This document shows, in pieces, positions 32,480-42,373 of a DNA stretch of 59,588 nt (the first letter of the stretch is position 1; each line of letters starts with the position of its first letter). The stretch is taken from IMG/VR virus record IMGVR_UViG_3300022841_000019, positions 1 through 59,588 of that record; one strand, written 5' to 3'. The position numbers and the translations under genes are program-made. The DNA is from a virus (taxonomy: Duplodnaviria > Caudoviricetes). The notes below the pieces were generated by a model that saw only the letters and a list, made by a program, of their open reading frames with translations, searched no databases and was not told where the DNA came from.

Positions 32480-32635
32480 TTATTTATTTATTTTATTAGT
32501 GATTTTGTACTTACCAACCAATTCTTGGTAATCTATTTTCTCTCCTGTGCAACTATTAAATATTATTATAACCTCGTTTTTAAAGAAGTTTGTTAGAAAC
32601 TCTTCAAAAGCTACTCTCTCATCAAATAATCCCAT
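32480..32635 (-). CDS. 51-aa ORF whose first 10 residues resemble the NrdB N-terminus
   Basis: MGLFDERVAF versus MSLFTPRVAY; translated by hand, below the ORF-track cut-off. Confidence 0.4.
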   Translation of the reverse strand: MGLFDERVAFEEFLTNFFKNEVIIIFNSCTGEKIDYQELVGKYKITNKINK

Positions 32636-33245
32636 ATGTTATCTATATTGTTTATACCATTTTAAACCTAATTTTATGGATATGAAAATCCATAGTATTA
32701 TAATTGTTATTTCTATCATTTAGCTTATTAAAAGTTATACTTTGTAGCAACATAGTGATGTTTAAAGTCACTATGTTACTATGAAAGGTAACTATTTATT
32801 CTATTAAGTATGTTACTGTTTGTAATTCATTTTCCCATGCGGATATATAAGCTAACATATCTCCTTTTGTAGTAGATTTGCTAACGTTTTTCATATCACT
32901 AAGTACATTACCTACGTACATTTTAGCGAGCTCCACTTTAGATTCGTATTCTTCAGGGGTCATTTATAAATGGTTAAAGCAATATCAAAGAACGGTATGT
33001 ATAGCACATGGATAGTGTAGTCATGCTCGGGATAACTTCTAATACCAATACACACCCCTGGGTATGAGCCTACCTCAATTGACCAAGCTACTTCATTTTG
33101 TTCGTTTTCTTCGTTTTCTTCTATAAACATTGTATTCCGTATTTATCTTGTTGTTTAACTAATTCCTTGTATTTTACTATACCCTTTGTTTCCCAGCTCC
33201 ATTTTATGAACCTCTCTATTTGTCGCTCAGCATATTTTTGCTCAG

Positions 33246-33704
33246 CTAACCTTTTCTTTTCAAAAGGATTAATCTTACGGTCTCGTTGCATTCAGCTTGA
33301 CTTTGTGGTTTATATAAGGTTACACCAGGAAACTCATTAACTATTAATAGTTTAAACAACTTCCATCTCATAGGAAAGCTATCATTAGCTCTTCCTTTTG
33401 TTTCAATTATAAAGTCCTCACCAATAAAATCTGGCGTATACTTAATAGGTAGTATTCTTTTACCTCCTCTATTAATGTAATCACCTTTTCCATTAGCTTG
33501 TCTTTCGTACACTTCGTTCTCGAAATGAAACCCACTAAGCAGAACAAAAGTTTCTCCTTCGTATTTAGACTTTATTTTAGCCTCTTTTAAAGCCATGTAC
33601 ATATGCTTTTCAAGACCCGAAGCAAAGTCGATACCATCAAATGATACCTTCTTTGCTCTAACTGGACCTTTTTTAGCGCTACCTCTTTTATAAGGCTTCT
33701 GCAT
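33246..33704 (-). CDS. T7 endonuclease I-like PD-(D/E)XK nuclease / Holliday junction resolvase
   Basis: FASGLE...YE...YTPDF..IIETKG; start set at MQKP. Confidence 0.75.
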   Translation of the reverse strand: MQKPYKRGSAKKGPVRAKKVSFDGIDFASGLEKHMYMALKEAKIKSKYEGETFVLLSGFHFENEVYERQANGKGDYINRGGKRILPIKYTPDFIGEDFIIETKGRANDSFPMRWKLFKLLIVNEFPGVTLYKPQSQAECNETVRLILLKRKG

Positions 33705-34032
33705 CTTTATTTTTTTTATCGTGACAACCACGGGGCTTCTTAACGTAGTGCTCCCCGTTGTTACCATTTTGAGCTATTATATTTATACGTTTAAGTTCTA
33801 TGTCTTCAGATAAATCAGACAACTCTTCTTTAGCTGCTTGAAGATAAAGTATTGCGTCCATTAACTCTTCTTGCACATCGTTTAGATACCCAAATAGGTT
33901 TTTATGACCACCGGTTCTTTCGCTATCTAACGTTCTACCGTATTTAGCAAAGCCCACGTTGGATCTTTCTACAAACTTATTAACTACCCGTCTAACGACT
34001 GGATCTCTAAATTCTATTTTCTCTATACTCAT
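33688..34032 (-). CDS. all-alpha NTP pyrophosphatase-like phage protein
   Basis: G..KYG.TL...QEELMDAILY motif. Confidence 0.5.
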   Translation of the reverse strand: MSIEKIEFRDPVVRRVVNKFVERSNVGFAKYGRTLDSERTGGHKNLFGYLNDVQEELMDAILYLQAAKEELSDLSEDIELKRINIIAQNGNNGEHYVKKPRGCHDKKNKDAEAL

Positions 34033-34033
34033 T

Positions 34034-34804
34034 TTATAATGTTTGTTTTACAAATGTTCCGTTAATCATCTCGCCTTTTCTACCTTTAATAACGTCATAA
34101 GCACTTGTGACGCAGTCTTCTATTCTTAGATTTTCTAAAGCAGCTAAGTTTGTTAAAACAACAACAATATCACCAATAGCATCTATAATCTCTGCTTTAT
34201 CATTCTTAAGCAAAGCCTCAGCTAGTTCGCCAGCTTCTTCCATTAGTTTTAGATATTGAGTTTTTGAATCACCTTTAGCGTATATACCTTTTTCTTTAGC
34301 CCAAGTCCTTATTAAATCATAAACGTTTCTTTCGTTTTCCTCATAGAAAGGTTTTTCACTCTTAAATTCATTGGCCATAGCCTTGTTATACACATATGAT
34401 CTACCACTGTTGTACATGGAAGTTTTAGCATTAGCTACTATTGATTTAATGTTGTCTTTTGTTATAGTGAATTCACCATGAGCCGTACTCCACTTTAAAC
34501 CCAAAGCATCTAGTAATCTGCCTTTTAATTTATTAAGTGGAACTGGAAATGTAGTTGTTTGTTCTGTTATGTTAATGTCCATTTTTTTGTTTTTATTGAT
34601 TAAATTTTTATAAGATTGTCGGTCTACTTTGTAGCCATAAGACTTTTGAAGTTCTATCTCCATAGTTGATATATAATCTATATCGTCGCTAGTAAGTAGA
34701 ACTTCGTATTCGTCTAAAGCGTAACCTTGTTGCTTCGTAACCCTGTTAATAAGATCACGTGTTACTCCTATTTTTTTACCGAATATGTGATAGATGTTGT
34801 ACAT
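34034..34804 (-). CDS. MazG-like NTP pyrophosphohydrolase with GIY-YIG-like N-terminus
   Basis: C-terminal KLMEEAGELAEA...DAIGD MazG motif; N-terminal YNIYHI..KIGVT.DL..R. Confidence 0.7.
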   Translation of the reverse strand: MYNIYHIFGKKIGVTRDLINRVTKQQGYALDEYEVLLTSDDIDYISTMEIELQKSYGYKVDRQSYKNLINKNKKMDINITEQTTTFPVPLNKLKGRLLDALGLKWSTAHGEFTITKDNIKSIVANAKTSMYNSGRSYVYNKAMANEFKSEKPFYEENERNVYDLIRTWAKEKGIYAKGDSKTQYLKLMEEAGELAEALLKNDKAEIIDAIGDIVVVLTNLAALENLRIEDCVTSAYDVIKGRKGEMINGTFVKQTL

Positions 34805-34808
34805 TTTA

Positions 34809-35450
34809 TTATATTTTATCGTTATACAAATGCAAGTTATGCGCGTGGTGATAATACGTACCAACGTTGAAACCTGTCATCTTAGACATTAAAACCTGTA
34901 GACGTGAAAAACAATACTGATCAATACAGAAACCGTACCAGAGGTCATTAGAACGCATATAGACTGACATATTTAGTTTGTTATCTACAACCGTGAACTG
35001 AACAGCATAAGTACAAGGCGTGTCGTTAGTGTATTTGTCATGCTCTTTACCATCGTAAATACTAATAGTTGCTTGTCTAGTGCTTGGGTTTTGTCTCAGT
35101 TTTTTAGCTACGTAACCTATTTGATCGTTTCTCATCCATTGATATCCATAATTAGAATTAACATCACCAAATTCATCGGCCATACGTTTCCATATAGGAG
35201 GTATTTTACCGTATATTTCTCCAAGCTTCTTTATATTAGGATCACCAGATACATACCAGGCCCATTCTGCTTTCGCGTAGTCTATATTGAATTTACGCTC
35301 AACGTTATGTATAGCATTATCCATTGGGTTTTCTAATGTAAATCCTACATTGAATAAAGCCTTAGTGTTACTAAAATTAACACCATCAGTAATAATCTTG
35401 TCGTGAAAGTACTCATACGCTTCGTTTGCATTTTTAAACTTTGTTTTCAT
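34809..35450 (-). CDS. thymidylate synthase-family enzyme, dCMP hydroxymethylase/methylase-like
   Basis: NYGYQW, RQA, DTPC, QF, MRSND...G...D, H...NLHLY; Asp at the position equivalent to E. coli ThyA Asn177. Confidence 0.8.
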   Translation of the reverse strand: MKTKFKNANEAYEYFHDKIITDGVNFSNTKALFNVGFTLENPMDNAIHNVERKFNIDYAKAEWAWYVSGDPNIKKLGEIYGKIPPIWKRMADEFGDVNSNYGYQWMRNDQIGYVAKKLRQNPSTRQATISIYDGKEHDKYTNDTPCTYAVQFTVVDNKLNMSVYMRSNDLWYGFCIDQYCFSRLQVLMSKMTGFNVGTYYHHAHNLHLYNDKI

Positions 35451-35688
35451 ATTTATTAAAATAATATTTATAGTATTCGTACATTTTAGGCCATACACTA
35501 CCTTTGATATATGTTTTAGGGTCTTTATTACTTACCCCTTTGTTTTTAATAACCATACCCCATCTACCTTCAGATATAGCGAAAGGGCTAATAAGTATAT
35601 CGTTACGCATACACCACAACCAGGCTTCAGTATCTGTTTTGTTAGGGGTGTAATCACCCATATCAAAAGGACTTTTTCTAGCTGCCAT
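35434..35688 (-). CDS. hypothetical protein
   Basis: 84 aa, coupled between primase-helicase and the ThyA-like gene. Confidence 0.55.
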   Translation of the reverse strand: MAARKSPFDMGDYTPNKTDTEAWLWCMRNDILISPFAISEGRWGMVIKNKGVSNKDPKTYIKGSVWPKMYEYYKYYFNKYENKV

Positions 35689-35690
35689 AC

Positions 35691-37412
35691 CTACTCCCAA
35701 GGCATTTTATCACCACTTATATCTAGTTGTTGGTGAGGTATAAAACAACCTGAGGCTGGCTCCCATTTAAAATGAGACTCAGCGCCATTTTCGCCTAAGT
35801 TTTGAAACTTAACTTTCAAGACTTTAGCTTTAACTGTTTTCTTGTCATAATCCCTGTGAACTAATATACCATGGTAACTAGCATCATACCACTCTCCTCC
35901 TCCTTTAATGTTGTACATAGTTGGTTCTTCTATTTTACCGTCTTTGTCTTTATACATTTTAGTTGGATGAGCTACAATAAAGACTAACACATCATACTTT
36001 TTAGCAAATATCTCTATCTTAGCTAAGTACTCCATAGTGTACCTATTCACATCGTCAGAACCACCAACGTCTCTAACTTTATTAAATGGATCAATAACTA
36101 AACACTTAATACCTTTACGTTTAACAAGCTCAGCTCCTTTACGTAGAACCGAGTCTAATGTGTAACGCTCCATATCTATGTGAAAGAAATTAGAGTTACA
36201 ATGATCTGCTATTTGATTCCATCGATCACCACCAATATCATCTTTAGTTGGCATACCTTGCCAAACTTTACGCATTAACTTATGAGCGTGTAAATAAGTC
36301 GGTTGATTCTCTGGTGAAGCAAACGCCGTTTTCCAGCCGTAATTAGCATTATACCCAACAACCATTTGGTCGACAAAATCACTTTTTCCGGAAGACGGAA
36401 TACCAGTAACAGTAATGAATTGACCAGTGTAAGTTGAAAATATACTATCAAAATGCTCAAGACCAACTTGAAATCCTGGCTTGAACCCGTTACGAACAAA
36501 GTCGGTAATCTCTCCTTCAATATCTCTGAAAGTCGTAACATTCTCCATAGGTACCGGCTTTGCGCTTGATACTCTTTCTGATAACTTTTCTTTTCCATAT
36601 TTAATTAAGTATTCGTTAGCATCTTTACAGTCTTCAAAGGTAGCTATGTAACAAACTTCAGACCCTAGTCTACGTATTAATTCTGCTTGCAAAGCCTGAC
36701 CAGCTTCATCTGAGTCGCATGCTAAAATAATTTTATCTTTGCCTTCAAAATAATCAATACAGTTATCTAAGTAATCTAAATTGTTAGAGTTCAACGTAGC
36801 TCCATTAGGAACTGATATAACGTTTTTTACACCGGCCTCATGTAAAGCTAATACATCCATCTCGCCTTCAACTATAATACAGTGATCAAAACCAACTATA
36901 CTATTTATATTGTAAAATACTTTTTCAGCTCCTTTATATAGCTTAAAGTTTTTTCTACCATCACGGTATTTAACATTTACTAATTGATCACCTATTATAT
37001 AATTAAACTTTATAACGTTCTCTGTCTTCTGAGTCTGTGGCATCCATTCAGGGCCTTCAGAAACATTAAGATCTTTGAGCGTTTGTTCAGATATACCTCT
37101 AACATTAAACCAATCAACTACCTTAGAACTAGGAGGCTTAATGGATTTTAAAGCTTCAACATCTGGTCTTATGTAAACTTTTTCAGATTCACCTTTACGC
37201 TTGTAAGTATTCAATTGAAAACTTGTATTGCAATTGTGACATGTGCCTAAACCTCTCTGCCAATCGTAAGAAGCACATTGTGCTTTTTGATTTTTAGCTT
37301 TTCTATCAGACGAACAGAGGGGACAAACTCCTTGTTTCTTCCCCTCTTCTAATTTGTGAATATTAAATTCATCTATCTGAAAGCCATTAACTTCCGTATG
37401 TTCTACTTGCAT
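35691..37412 (-). CDS. T7 gp4/Twinkle-like primase-helicase
   Basis: Zn finger CPLC...CHNC, TOPRIM EGEMD and DSD, Walker A TGIPSSGKS, LVIDP, VAHP. Confidence 0.95.
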   Translation of the reverse strand: MQVEHTEVNGFQIDEFNIHKLEEGKKQGVCPLCSSDRKAKNQKAQCASYDWQRGLGTCHNCNTSFQLNTYKRKGESEKVYIRPDVEALKSIKPPSSKVVDWFNVRGISEQTLKDLNVSEGPEWMPQTQKTENVIKFNYIIGDQLVNVKYRDGRKNFKLYKGAEKVFYNINSIVGFDHCIIVEGEMDVLALHEAGVKNVISVPNGATLNSNNLDYLDNCIDYFEGKDKIILACDSDEAGQALQAELIRRLGSEVCYIATFEDCKDANEYLIKYGKEKLSERVSSAKPVPMENVTTFRDIEGEITDFVRNGFKPGFQVGLEHFDSIFSTYTGQFITVTGIPSSGKSDFVDQMVVGYNANYGWKTAFASPENQPTYLHAHKLMRKVWQGMPTKDDIGGDRWNQIADHCNSNFFHIDMERYTLDSVLRKGAELVKRKGIKCLVIDPFNKVRDVGGSDDVNRYTMEYLAKIEIFAKKYDVLVFIVAHPTKMYKDKDGKIEEPTMYNIKGGGEWYDASYHGILVHRDYDKKTVKAKVLKVKFQNLGENGAESHFKWEPASGCFIPHQQLDISGDKMPWE

Positions 37413-37471
37413 TATATCTAATTGAATATGATTTGTTAATATTTCAGTGTTTTATATTCATTTGAATATAA

Positions 37472-37792
37472 TTAAAACGGTAGATCATCATCGACAGCGC
37501 TTACACTTGCTTGCTGATATTGTCCGTTACCACCATTTTCATCCCTAGGTGCGGTCTGTACGTTTGTACCGTTTGTCCATACGACTTTGATGTTGCCAAG
37601 ATAAACCTTAGGAGCTTTCGCTTCACGTTCTTCTTTAGATTGTTCCACTGTAACTGGACCTTGATTTCCATAGTTGTCAACTTCATCGTTTATTGTAATT
37701 GTGATTGGTAAATACGATCCTTTTTTTCCTTTGTAGATCTTGTCTTTAGGAATGTCGTTTAAGTTAATGTTTGCTTTAATAATACTTGCCAT
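37472..37792 (-). CDS. ssb: single-stranded DNA-binding protein
   Basis: OB-like beta core with acidic C-terminal tail DDDLPF. Confidence 0.75.
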   Translation of the reverse strand: MASIIKANINLNDIPKDKIYKGKKGSYLPITITINDEVDNYGNQGPVTVEQSKEEREAKAPKVYLGNIKVVWTNGTNVQTAPRDENGGNGQYQQASVSAVDDDLPF

Positions 37793-37835
37793 AATTTTAC
37801 TGTTTTAATTGATTAATTTAATTTAATTTTAATAA

Positions 37836-37865
37836 TATTATCTTTAGTTGATCGTATTTTATTTG
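37836..37865 (-). promoter_or_regulatory. phage early-type promoter P1
   Basis: CAAA-N5-TACG-N10-GATAATA upstream of ssb. Confidence 0.75.
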
Positions 37866-38603
37866 TCAAAGTGTTTTATCTATAAAATAAGCTTTAGGAT
37901 CAAATGATTTGTCTGTGTATTTTTTATAATTTAACACAGCTTGCTCTACTTTTTCCTTGCCTCTAGCTAAAAAAGATGGAGAGCAGTCAAATATACCTAA
38001 TCTTTTACTTTTTTTACAAAGAACTACAAAAATAAAATCCATTTTAAAATATTCTGAATAGATATATGCTTGTGAGTCGTAATTATACTCTTTAGCTGAA
38101 CTAGCAAATCTATCTATATCACCAGTTGTTTTAAGATCCACTATGAATCTTTGAGTATTGTTTTTAATGTCAGCTTTTAACTTCCACCAAGCACCTGATA
38201 GCTTTATTAATCCAGGAACCTCGTACTCAACATCTACATCTTGAACAAGATCCCTAGCTGTCGGGTTGCTTAACATAATATTAACTAAGTCTCGCAATTC
38301 CCTCTCTTCGTTTTTTAATAAACATATTTCCCCGTTTGACTCTTCTTTATATATCTTTGTATTCCTAGATGAAGCTTCTATAATTTTAAAATTAATTACT
38401 TTTTCTGGTTCTAAGACTAAGTTATGAAAGAATTGTCCTTTTACTAAGTTTATATGAGGTTCTGTTTTTTTTCCAAAATTCAAAGGATCTTTATCTAAAA
38501 CCCTTATGTTGGAGTTACTTAAGAACTGCTGTCCAAACTCACCATAGTAGTTCGAGTCGTCTCTAAGCTTTTTTAAAATATCATCTTTCTTTTCATCTGT
38601 CAT
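37866..38603 (-). CDS. RecE/exonuclease VIII-like PD-(D/E)XK exonuclease
   Basis: LSNS, G..FH, E, KLKADI...IVDLKTT, YDSQAYIY. Confidence 0.8.
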   Translation of the reverse strand: MTDEKKDDILKKLRDDSNYYGEFGQQFLSNSNIRVLDKDPLNFGKKTEPHINLVKGQFFHNLVLEPEKVINFKIIEASSRNTKIYKEESNGEICLLKNEERELRDLVNIMLSNPTARDLVQDVDVEYEVPGLIKLSGAWWKLKADIKNNTQRFIVDLKTTGDIDRFASSAKEYNYDSQAYIYSEYFKMDFIFVVLCKKSKRLGIFDCSPSFLARGKEKVEQAVLNYKKYTDKSFDPKAYFIDKTL

Positions 38604-38604
38604 A

Positions 38605-39135
38605 TTATTCTAGAGTTTTTAAGATATCTGGAGATATTTCATACTTGCTTTTAACGTCAGCTATAGAAAACTTACCGCTTTTAATTGCTGCTTTAGCTTT
38701 GATTAACGCTTCTCCACTTAATAAAGGTTTTTTAGCAACCACTTTATCATGCGTGTTAGTTGCGTCGCTGTCAGCTGTGTCATCTATTAAAAATAAATTA
38801 CCAAGAGCATATTTCTTACCATAAGAAGACGCGCTACCAAACTTCTGTGGCGCGTTCATACCTTTTTGGTCCATGTCAACAGCAACTAAAGCTATAGCAG
38901 TTATGTATTCTAACCCGTCAGATATCTTCGCATGAGATTCCATTATTAAATTACCGCTGATGTCTTGGATAGTTTCGTTGATAACTACAGTTACGTTGTA
39001 TTCTATTAAAAAAGGCTTTAGAGCCTCTAGAATGTCTTCAGCTGAACGATAATTGTATTTACCGAAAGAATTATACTTGCTTTTTTTAGCTTTTAAGCTT
39101 GATTGAATTTTTGAAAGTTTTTCGTTTATTTTCAT
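38605..39135 (-). CDS. ERF-family single-strand annealing protein
   Basis: YNYRSAEDI, GSASSYGKKYAL..LF.I.D..DSD. Confidence 0.85.
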   Translation of the reverse strand: MKINEKLSKIQSSLKAKKSKYNSFGKYNYRSAEDILEALKPFLIEYNVTVVINETIQDISGNLIMESHAKISDGLEYITAIALVAVDMDQKGMNAPQKFGSASSYGKKYALGNLFLIDDTADSDATNTHDKVVAKKPLLSGEALIKAKAAIKSGKFSIADVKSKYEISPDILKTLE

Positions 39136-39188
39136 ACTTATATAATTACATATTTATTGGTTGATTTACGTGTATAGCATAGCTTAAT

Positions 39189-39965
39189 TTACAGATAATC
39201 AATCACTTGCGAGTGATCTACGTTATCTATTAATCTTTGTATTGCTTGTCTTTTTAGTTCTGATACGCGAACGTAAGAACTTACTCCTTCAATGTTTAAA
39301 GCATCGGCTATATGTTTGGCTGATTTTTTATCACAGTCTAAACCATAAGACAATCTTAGAACTTCATATTCGTTACCTACTAAATGTTTTTTCATTAAAC
39401 TCTTTAGATAAGAATTTAATAACTCCATATTATACGGCTCTGATTCATCTCTTATAGATTCAGCCCAAGAACTATGGTCTTCGTTAGATTTTTCACCAGC
39501 ATTGAAAGACGTATCTATACTTGTAAATATAGAGTTAAAAAACAACGCAACCATTTTTTCATCTTTAGGGTTACTACGTATTTCATTTAACTTATGCTCT
39601 GGTATTCTCATATCTCCTCTAACCATATCTATCCTGCGTCTTATAAGACCTTTGATGCGTTTGCTAAAGAAAGATTTAAGCGTACGTTCTACATCTAAGG
39701 AGTTTTCTAAAACTTTCCAGTCTAACTTATCCACAGCCCGTATTAGTCCCTCAGAACCAATCTGTATTATGTCGTTGATACTTAATACACCGGAAGCTTG
39801 CTGTGTTGTAGAGAATTTACGGCTTAAGTTTTCTACTAAAGGTAAAAACTTTATAATCAGTTCGTCTCTAGTATACTCATTCCATTTTGATTGTTTTATA
39901 TTAGATATAGATTTTTTTAAATCTTCTTTATACCTGATATAATTCTGTACATTATAGTTTTTCAT
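39189..39965 (-). CDS. sigma-70 family RNA polymerase sigma factor (probably late)
   Basis: Region 2 ELI..FLPLV..LSRKF...DIIQIG.EGLIRAVDK, RIP; region 4 VLRLSYGL...IA..L...RVSEL...AI.RL. Confidence 0.85.
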   Translation of the reverse strand: MKNYNVQNYIRYKEDLKKSISNIKQSKWNEYTRDELIIKFLPLVENLSRKFSTTQQASGVLSINDIIQIGSEGLIRAVDKLDWKVLENSLDVERTLKSFFSKRIKGLIRRRIDMVRGDMRIPEHKLNEIRSNPKDEKMVALFFNSIFTSIDTSFNAGEKSNEDHSSWAESIRDESEPYNMELLNSYLKSLMKKHLVGNEYEVLRLSYGLDCDKKSAKHIADALNIEGVSSYVRVSELKRQAIQRLIDNVDHSQVIDYL

Positions 39966-40045
39966 AGTCTTCTATTATTTTAAAAGCTCTTGCCATTTTT
40001 TCATCATCAGCGTAGTATATATTACCTATACTAGCCATCCACTTG

Positions 40046-40309
40046 TTAAACTTGTCCGCCATATAGTTTATCTATTTTATCTTCCACTCTTTTGATCTCT
40101 ACCAGTACATCTATTAACAACTCATTGTGTTTAAGTGACTTGTTTAGATATCCTTTTAAAGCATATTTTAGGTTGTGGTAATAATAGTTATTTGTGAACT
40201 CATAAGTCTCCTTAGAACCGTCTAGTTTTGTCTTAATTCGGTCCTCGTGATACTGCAGCACTACGTTGTTATCATCACTTAGTATTCTATAGTTGTCGTC
40301 GATCTTCAT
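40046..40309 (-). CDS. hypothetical protein
   Basis: 87 aa, directly behind promoter P2. Confidence 0.6.
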   Translation of the reverse strand: MKIDDNYRILSDDNNVVLQYHEDRIKTKLDGSKETYEFTNNYYYHNLKYALKGYLNKSLKHNELLIDVLVEIKRVEDKIDKLYGGQV

Positions 40310-40326
40310 ATTTGTTTCATTTAATA

Positions 40327-40356
40327 TATTATCAATTAGCGTTCGTATTTTATTTG
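40327..40356 (-). promoter_or_regulatory. phage early-type promoter P2
   Basis: Consensus match, exact spacing. Confidence 0.75.
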
Positions 40357-40432
40357 CGATTAAGTTGTTCTTCTTGTTCTTAATGCCTGTCCTAGCGTTA
40401 CTTTTGGTCTCTTTTGAATCCTTTCTTTAGTT

Positions 40433-40756
40433 TTATCTTTCCTTGTCTCTGTCTTTGTTATCATACTTTGTTAATTTATAAGTGCTGTTTGTTGTTTTGA
40501 ACTCCACGTAAGTAGGAGTTTGTTTAATTATTTCTGTAATAAAAGTTGTTCGCCACGTGAAGAACCTATCGAATGGTGACATTAGCAGGCTAAACCCTAT
40601 CCTAGGCTCATCTCGTTCTTTTTTAAAAGTACCATCCTTATTCCATTCCAACCATGTGATATCTTTAGATTCTTTAACCAGTTTGTCATGTTCTCTAACT
40701 AGCGTCCAGTTATCTCTGATATCAACAGGTATTGTTATTTGGTTTATCTTAGTCAT
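40433..40756 (-). CDS. hypothetical protein
   Basis: ORF with W.TT.ITEI....FKT.NS.Y motif; start MTKIN. Confidence 0.55.
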   Translation of the reverse strand: MTKINQITIPVDIRDNWTLVREHDKLVKESKDITWLEWNKDGTFKKERDEPRIGFSLLMSPFDRFFTWRTTFITEIIKQTPTYVEFKTTNSTYKLTKYDNKDRDKER

Positions 40757-40964
40757 CTGTATTAAGTTTATGTTCTTCAAGTAAATCATACATTGCTTCT
40801 TTATAACTCTCTAAAGTGAAATCAGTTTCATCATGCTTCCATTTTCTCCAAAAATTATGTTTAAGTTCCCAAATAAATCCAGCCATGTCAGATGCTTTTA
40901 TGCATTCCTTATGAGATATTTTATCGTCCTCGTTATCTAAGTCAAATTCTAGTATTGCTTTCAT
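40749..40964 (-). CDS. hypothetical protein
   Basis: 71 aa, MKAILEFDL. Confidence 0.55.
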   Translation of the reverse strand: MKAILEFDLDNEDDKISHKECIKASDMAGFIWELKHNFWRKWKHDETDFTLESYKEAMYDLLEEHKLNTDD

Positions 40965-41392
40965 AATGTTACTTTTATATTACCTGTATCTTTTGTTACT
41001 AAATGAACGCTTGAGTCAACTGTTATATTACTCCTTGTTTCATCTGCTTTCCAAAATTCATGTCGAATCACTTGAATGATATCATAGGCTTCTCTACAAG
41101 ATTCATTTACTTTTTTATTATGAATACCCCAACTACCATTACGTGGGTGCGATGGATCTTGCATCAACATATTCCGTGGATGTATTAACATTGCATCTAC
41201 TGAATCTCTAACTTGATGAAACCTATTGTAATCTGTTCTTCCGTTCATTAACTTTAATTCATTAGACAAATGTCTTTCAAATGTTGGATGCTCTTTGATA
41301 ACTTCAAACTGCCCTATCCCTACTCTTGAGTAGAAATCTAATGCTCTTTGAATCAATCTTAATTGATTATTATTTAATTCTATTCTTGCCAT
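40961..41392 (-). CDS. hypothetical protein
   Basis: 143 aa, coupled. Confidence 0.6.
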   Translation of the reverse strand: MARIELNNNQLRLIQRALDFYSRVGIGQFEVIKEHPTFERHLSNELKLMNGRTDYNRFHQVRDSVDAMLIHPRNMLMQDPSHPRNGSWGIHNKKVNESCREAYDIIQVIRHEFWKADETRSNITVDSSVHLVTKDTGNIKVTL

Positions 41393-41394
41393 AA

Positions 41395-42072
41395 TTATAT
41401 TTCTAATATATTTCCGTTACTACTTAATCTACCAAACTTACCATCAGTTACCACAGACCCATTTGAGAATATAGTATTCTGAGTAGCTAATTGCATAGTT
41501 CCAGCATTAGTTATATCCACATTGTTATGGATATGACCGAAACACACCAACTTTAAGTTAGGTAATTTTAATACTCTCTTTTTTAATGCTGAACACCCGC
41601 AGAATTCTACTTCATGATTTCGGTTATACGCTAAATCCAAGATTCCTTTAGGTGGTCCATGCACCACTACAATATTTGTGTCGTCTGGTATCTGTTGCCA
41701 TACTTTATCTAACTTAGATCTTTGCTTCATAAAAGACCAATTCCCAAAAGAAGGTGTATGGGGGCTTCCCCATATCTTAACACCTTCAATAGTAATACTA
41801 TTATTTTCAAGATATATAATACCGTTATCATTAAAATCAGCTTCAATTACTAATTTAGACTCAATACTCGAATCGTGGTTTCCAGCTACAAATATCTTAT
41901 GTTCAATAGGCAGTGTTTTAAACCAATGTATAAAATCTCTTACTTCAGGTTCATTAGTATAAGGAGATCTAGGATTAGAACAGTCACCACTAAAGATGAC
42001 TATATCTATTCCTTCAGGTATTTCTAATAATTTGTGGTACGTGTGAGTATCACTTATGTGCCATATTTTCAT
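41395..42072 (-). CDS. calcineurin-like metallophosphoesterase
   Basis: SDTH, GD, GNHD, HGPP, GHIH. Confidence 0.9.
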   Translation of the reverse strand: MKIWHISDTHTYHKLLEIPEGIDIVIFSGDCSNPRSPYTNEPEVRDFIHWFKTLPIEHKIFVAGNHDSSIESKLVIEADFNDNGIIYLENNSITIEGVKIWGSPHTPSFGNWSFMKQRSKLDKVWQQIPDDTNIVVVHGPPKGILDLAYNRNHEVEFCGCSALKKRVLKLPNLKLVCFGHIHNNVDITNAGTMQLATQNTIFSNGSVVTDGKFGRLSSNGNILEI

Positions 42073-42124
42073 ATTGTTTGTTTTTAGTTTGATTTAGAAA
42101 CTATTAGTTGGTATATAGCACTAA

Positions 42125-42373
42125 TTATAAACCTTTGTTAATAGCATTTATAAGTTTTCTAACGTGCTTTGTCTTATAAAACCTTATTGGTTCTTGTGTG
42201 TTAAATATTTCTACAAAACATTTCTTTTCATCGCTATCACTAGAAATTAAACAAAATTCTTCATGCTCTTTATAAAAATCATAAATAAAATAAATAAATT
42301 CTTTGTCCCCTGATTCCTCTGCTGAAACATATTCTTTTTTAAATCCTAATTTCTCTAAATCTTTAAAATTCAT
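42125..42373 (-). CDS. hypothetical protein
   Basis: 82 aa. Confidence 0.5.
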   Translation of the reverse strand: MNFKDLEKLGFKKEYVSAEESGDKEFIYFIYDFYKEHEEFCLISSDSDEKKCFVEIFNTQEPIRFYKTKHVRKLINAINKGL

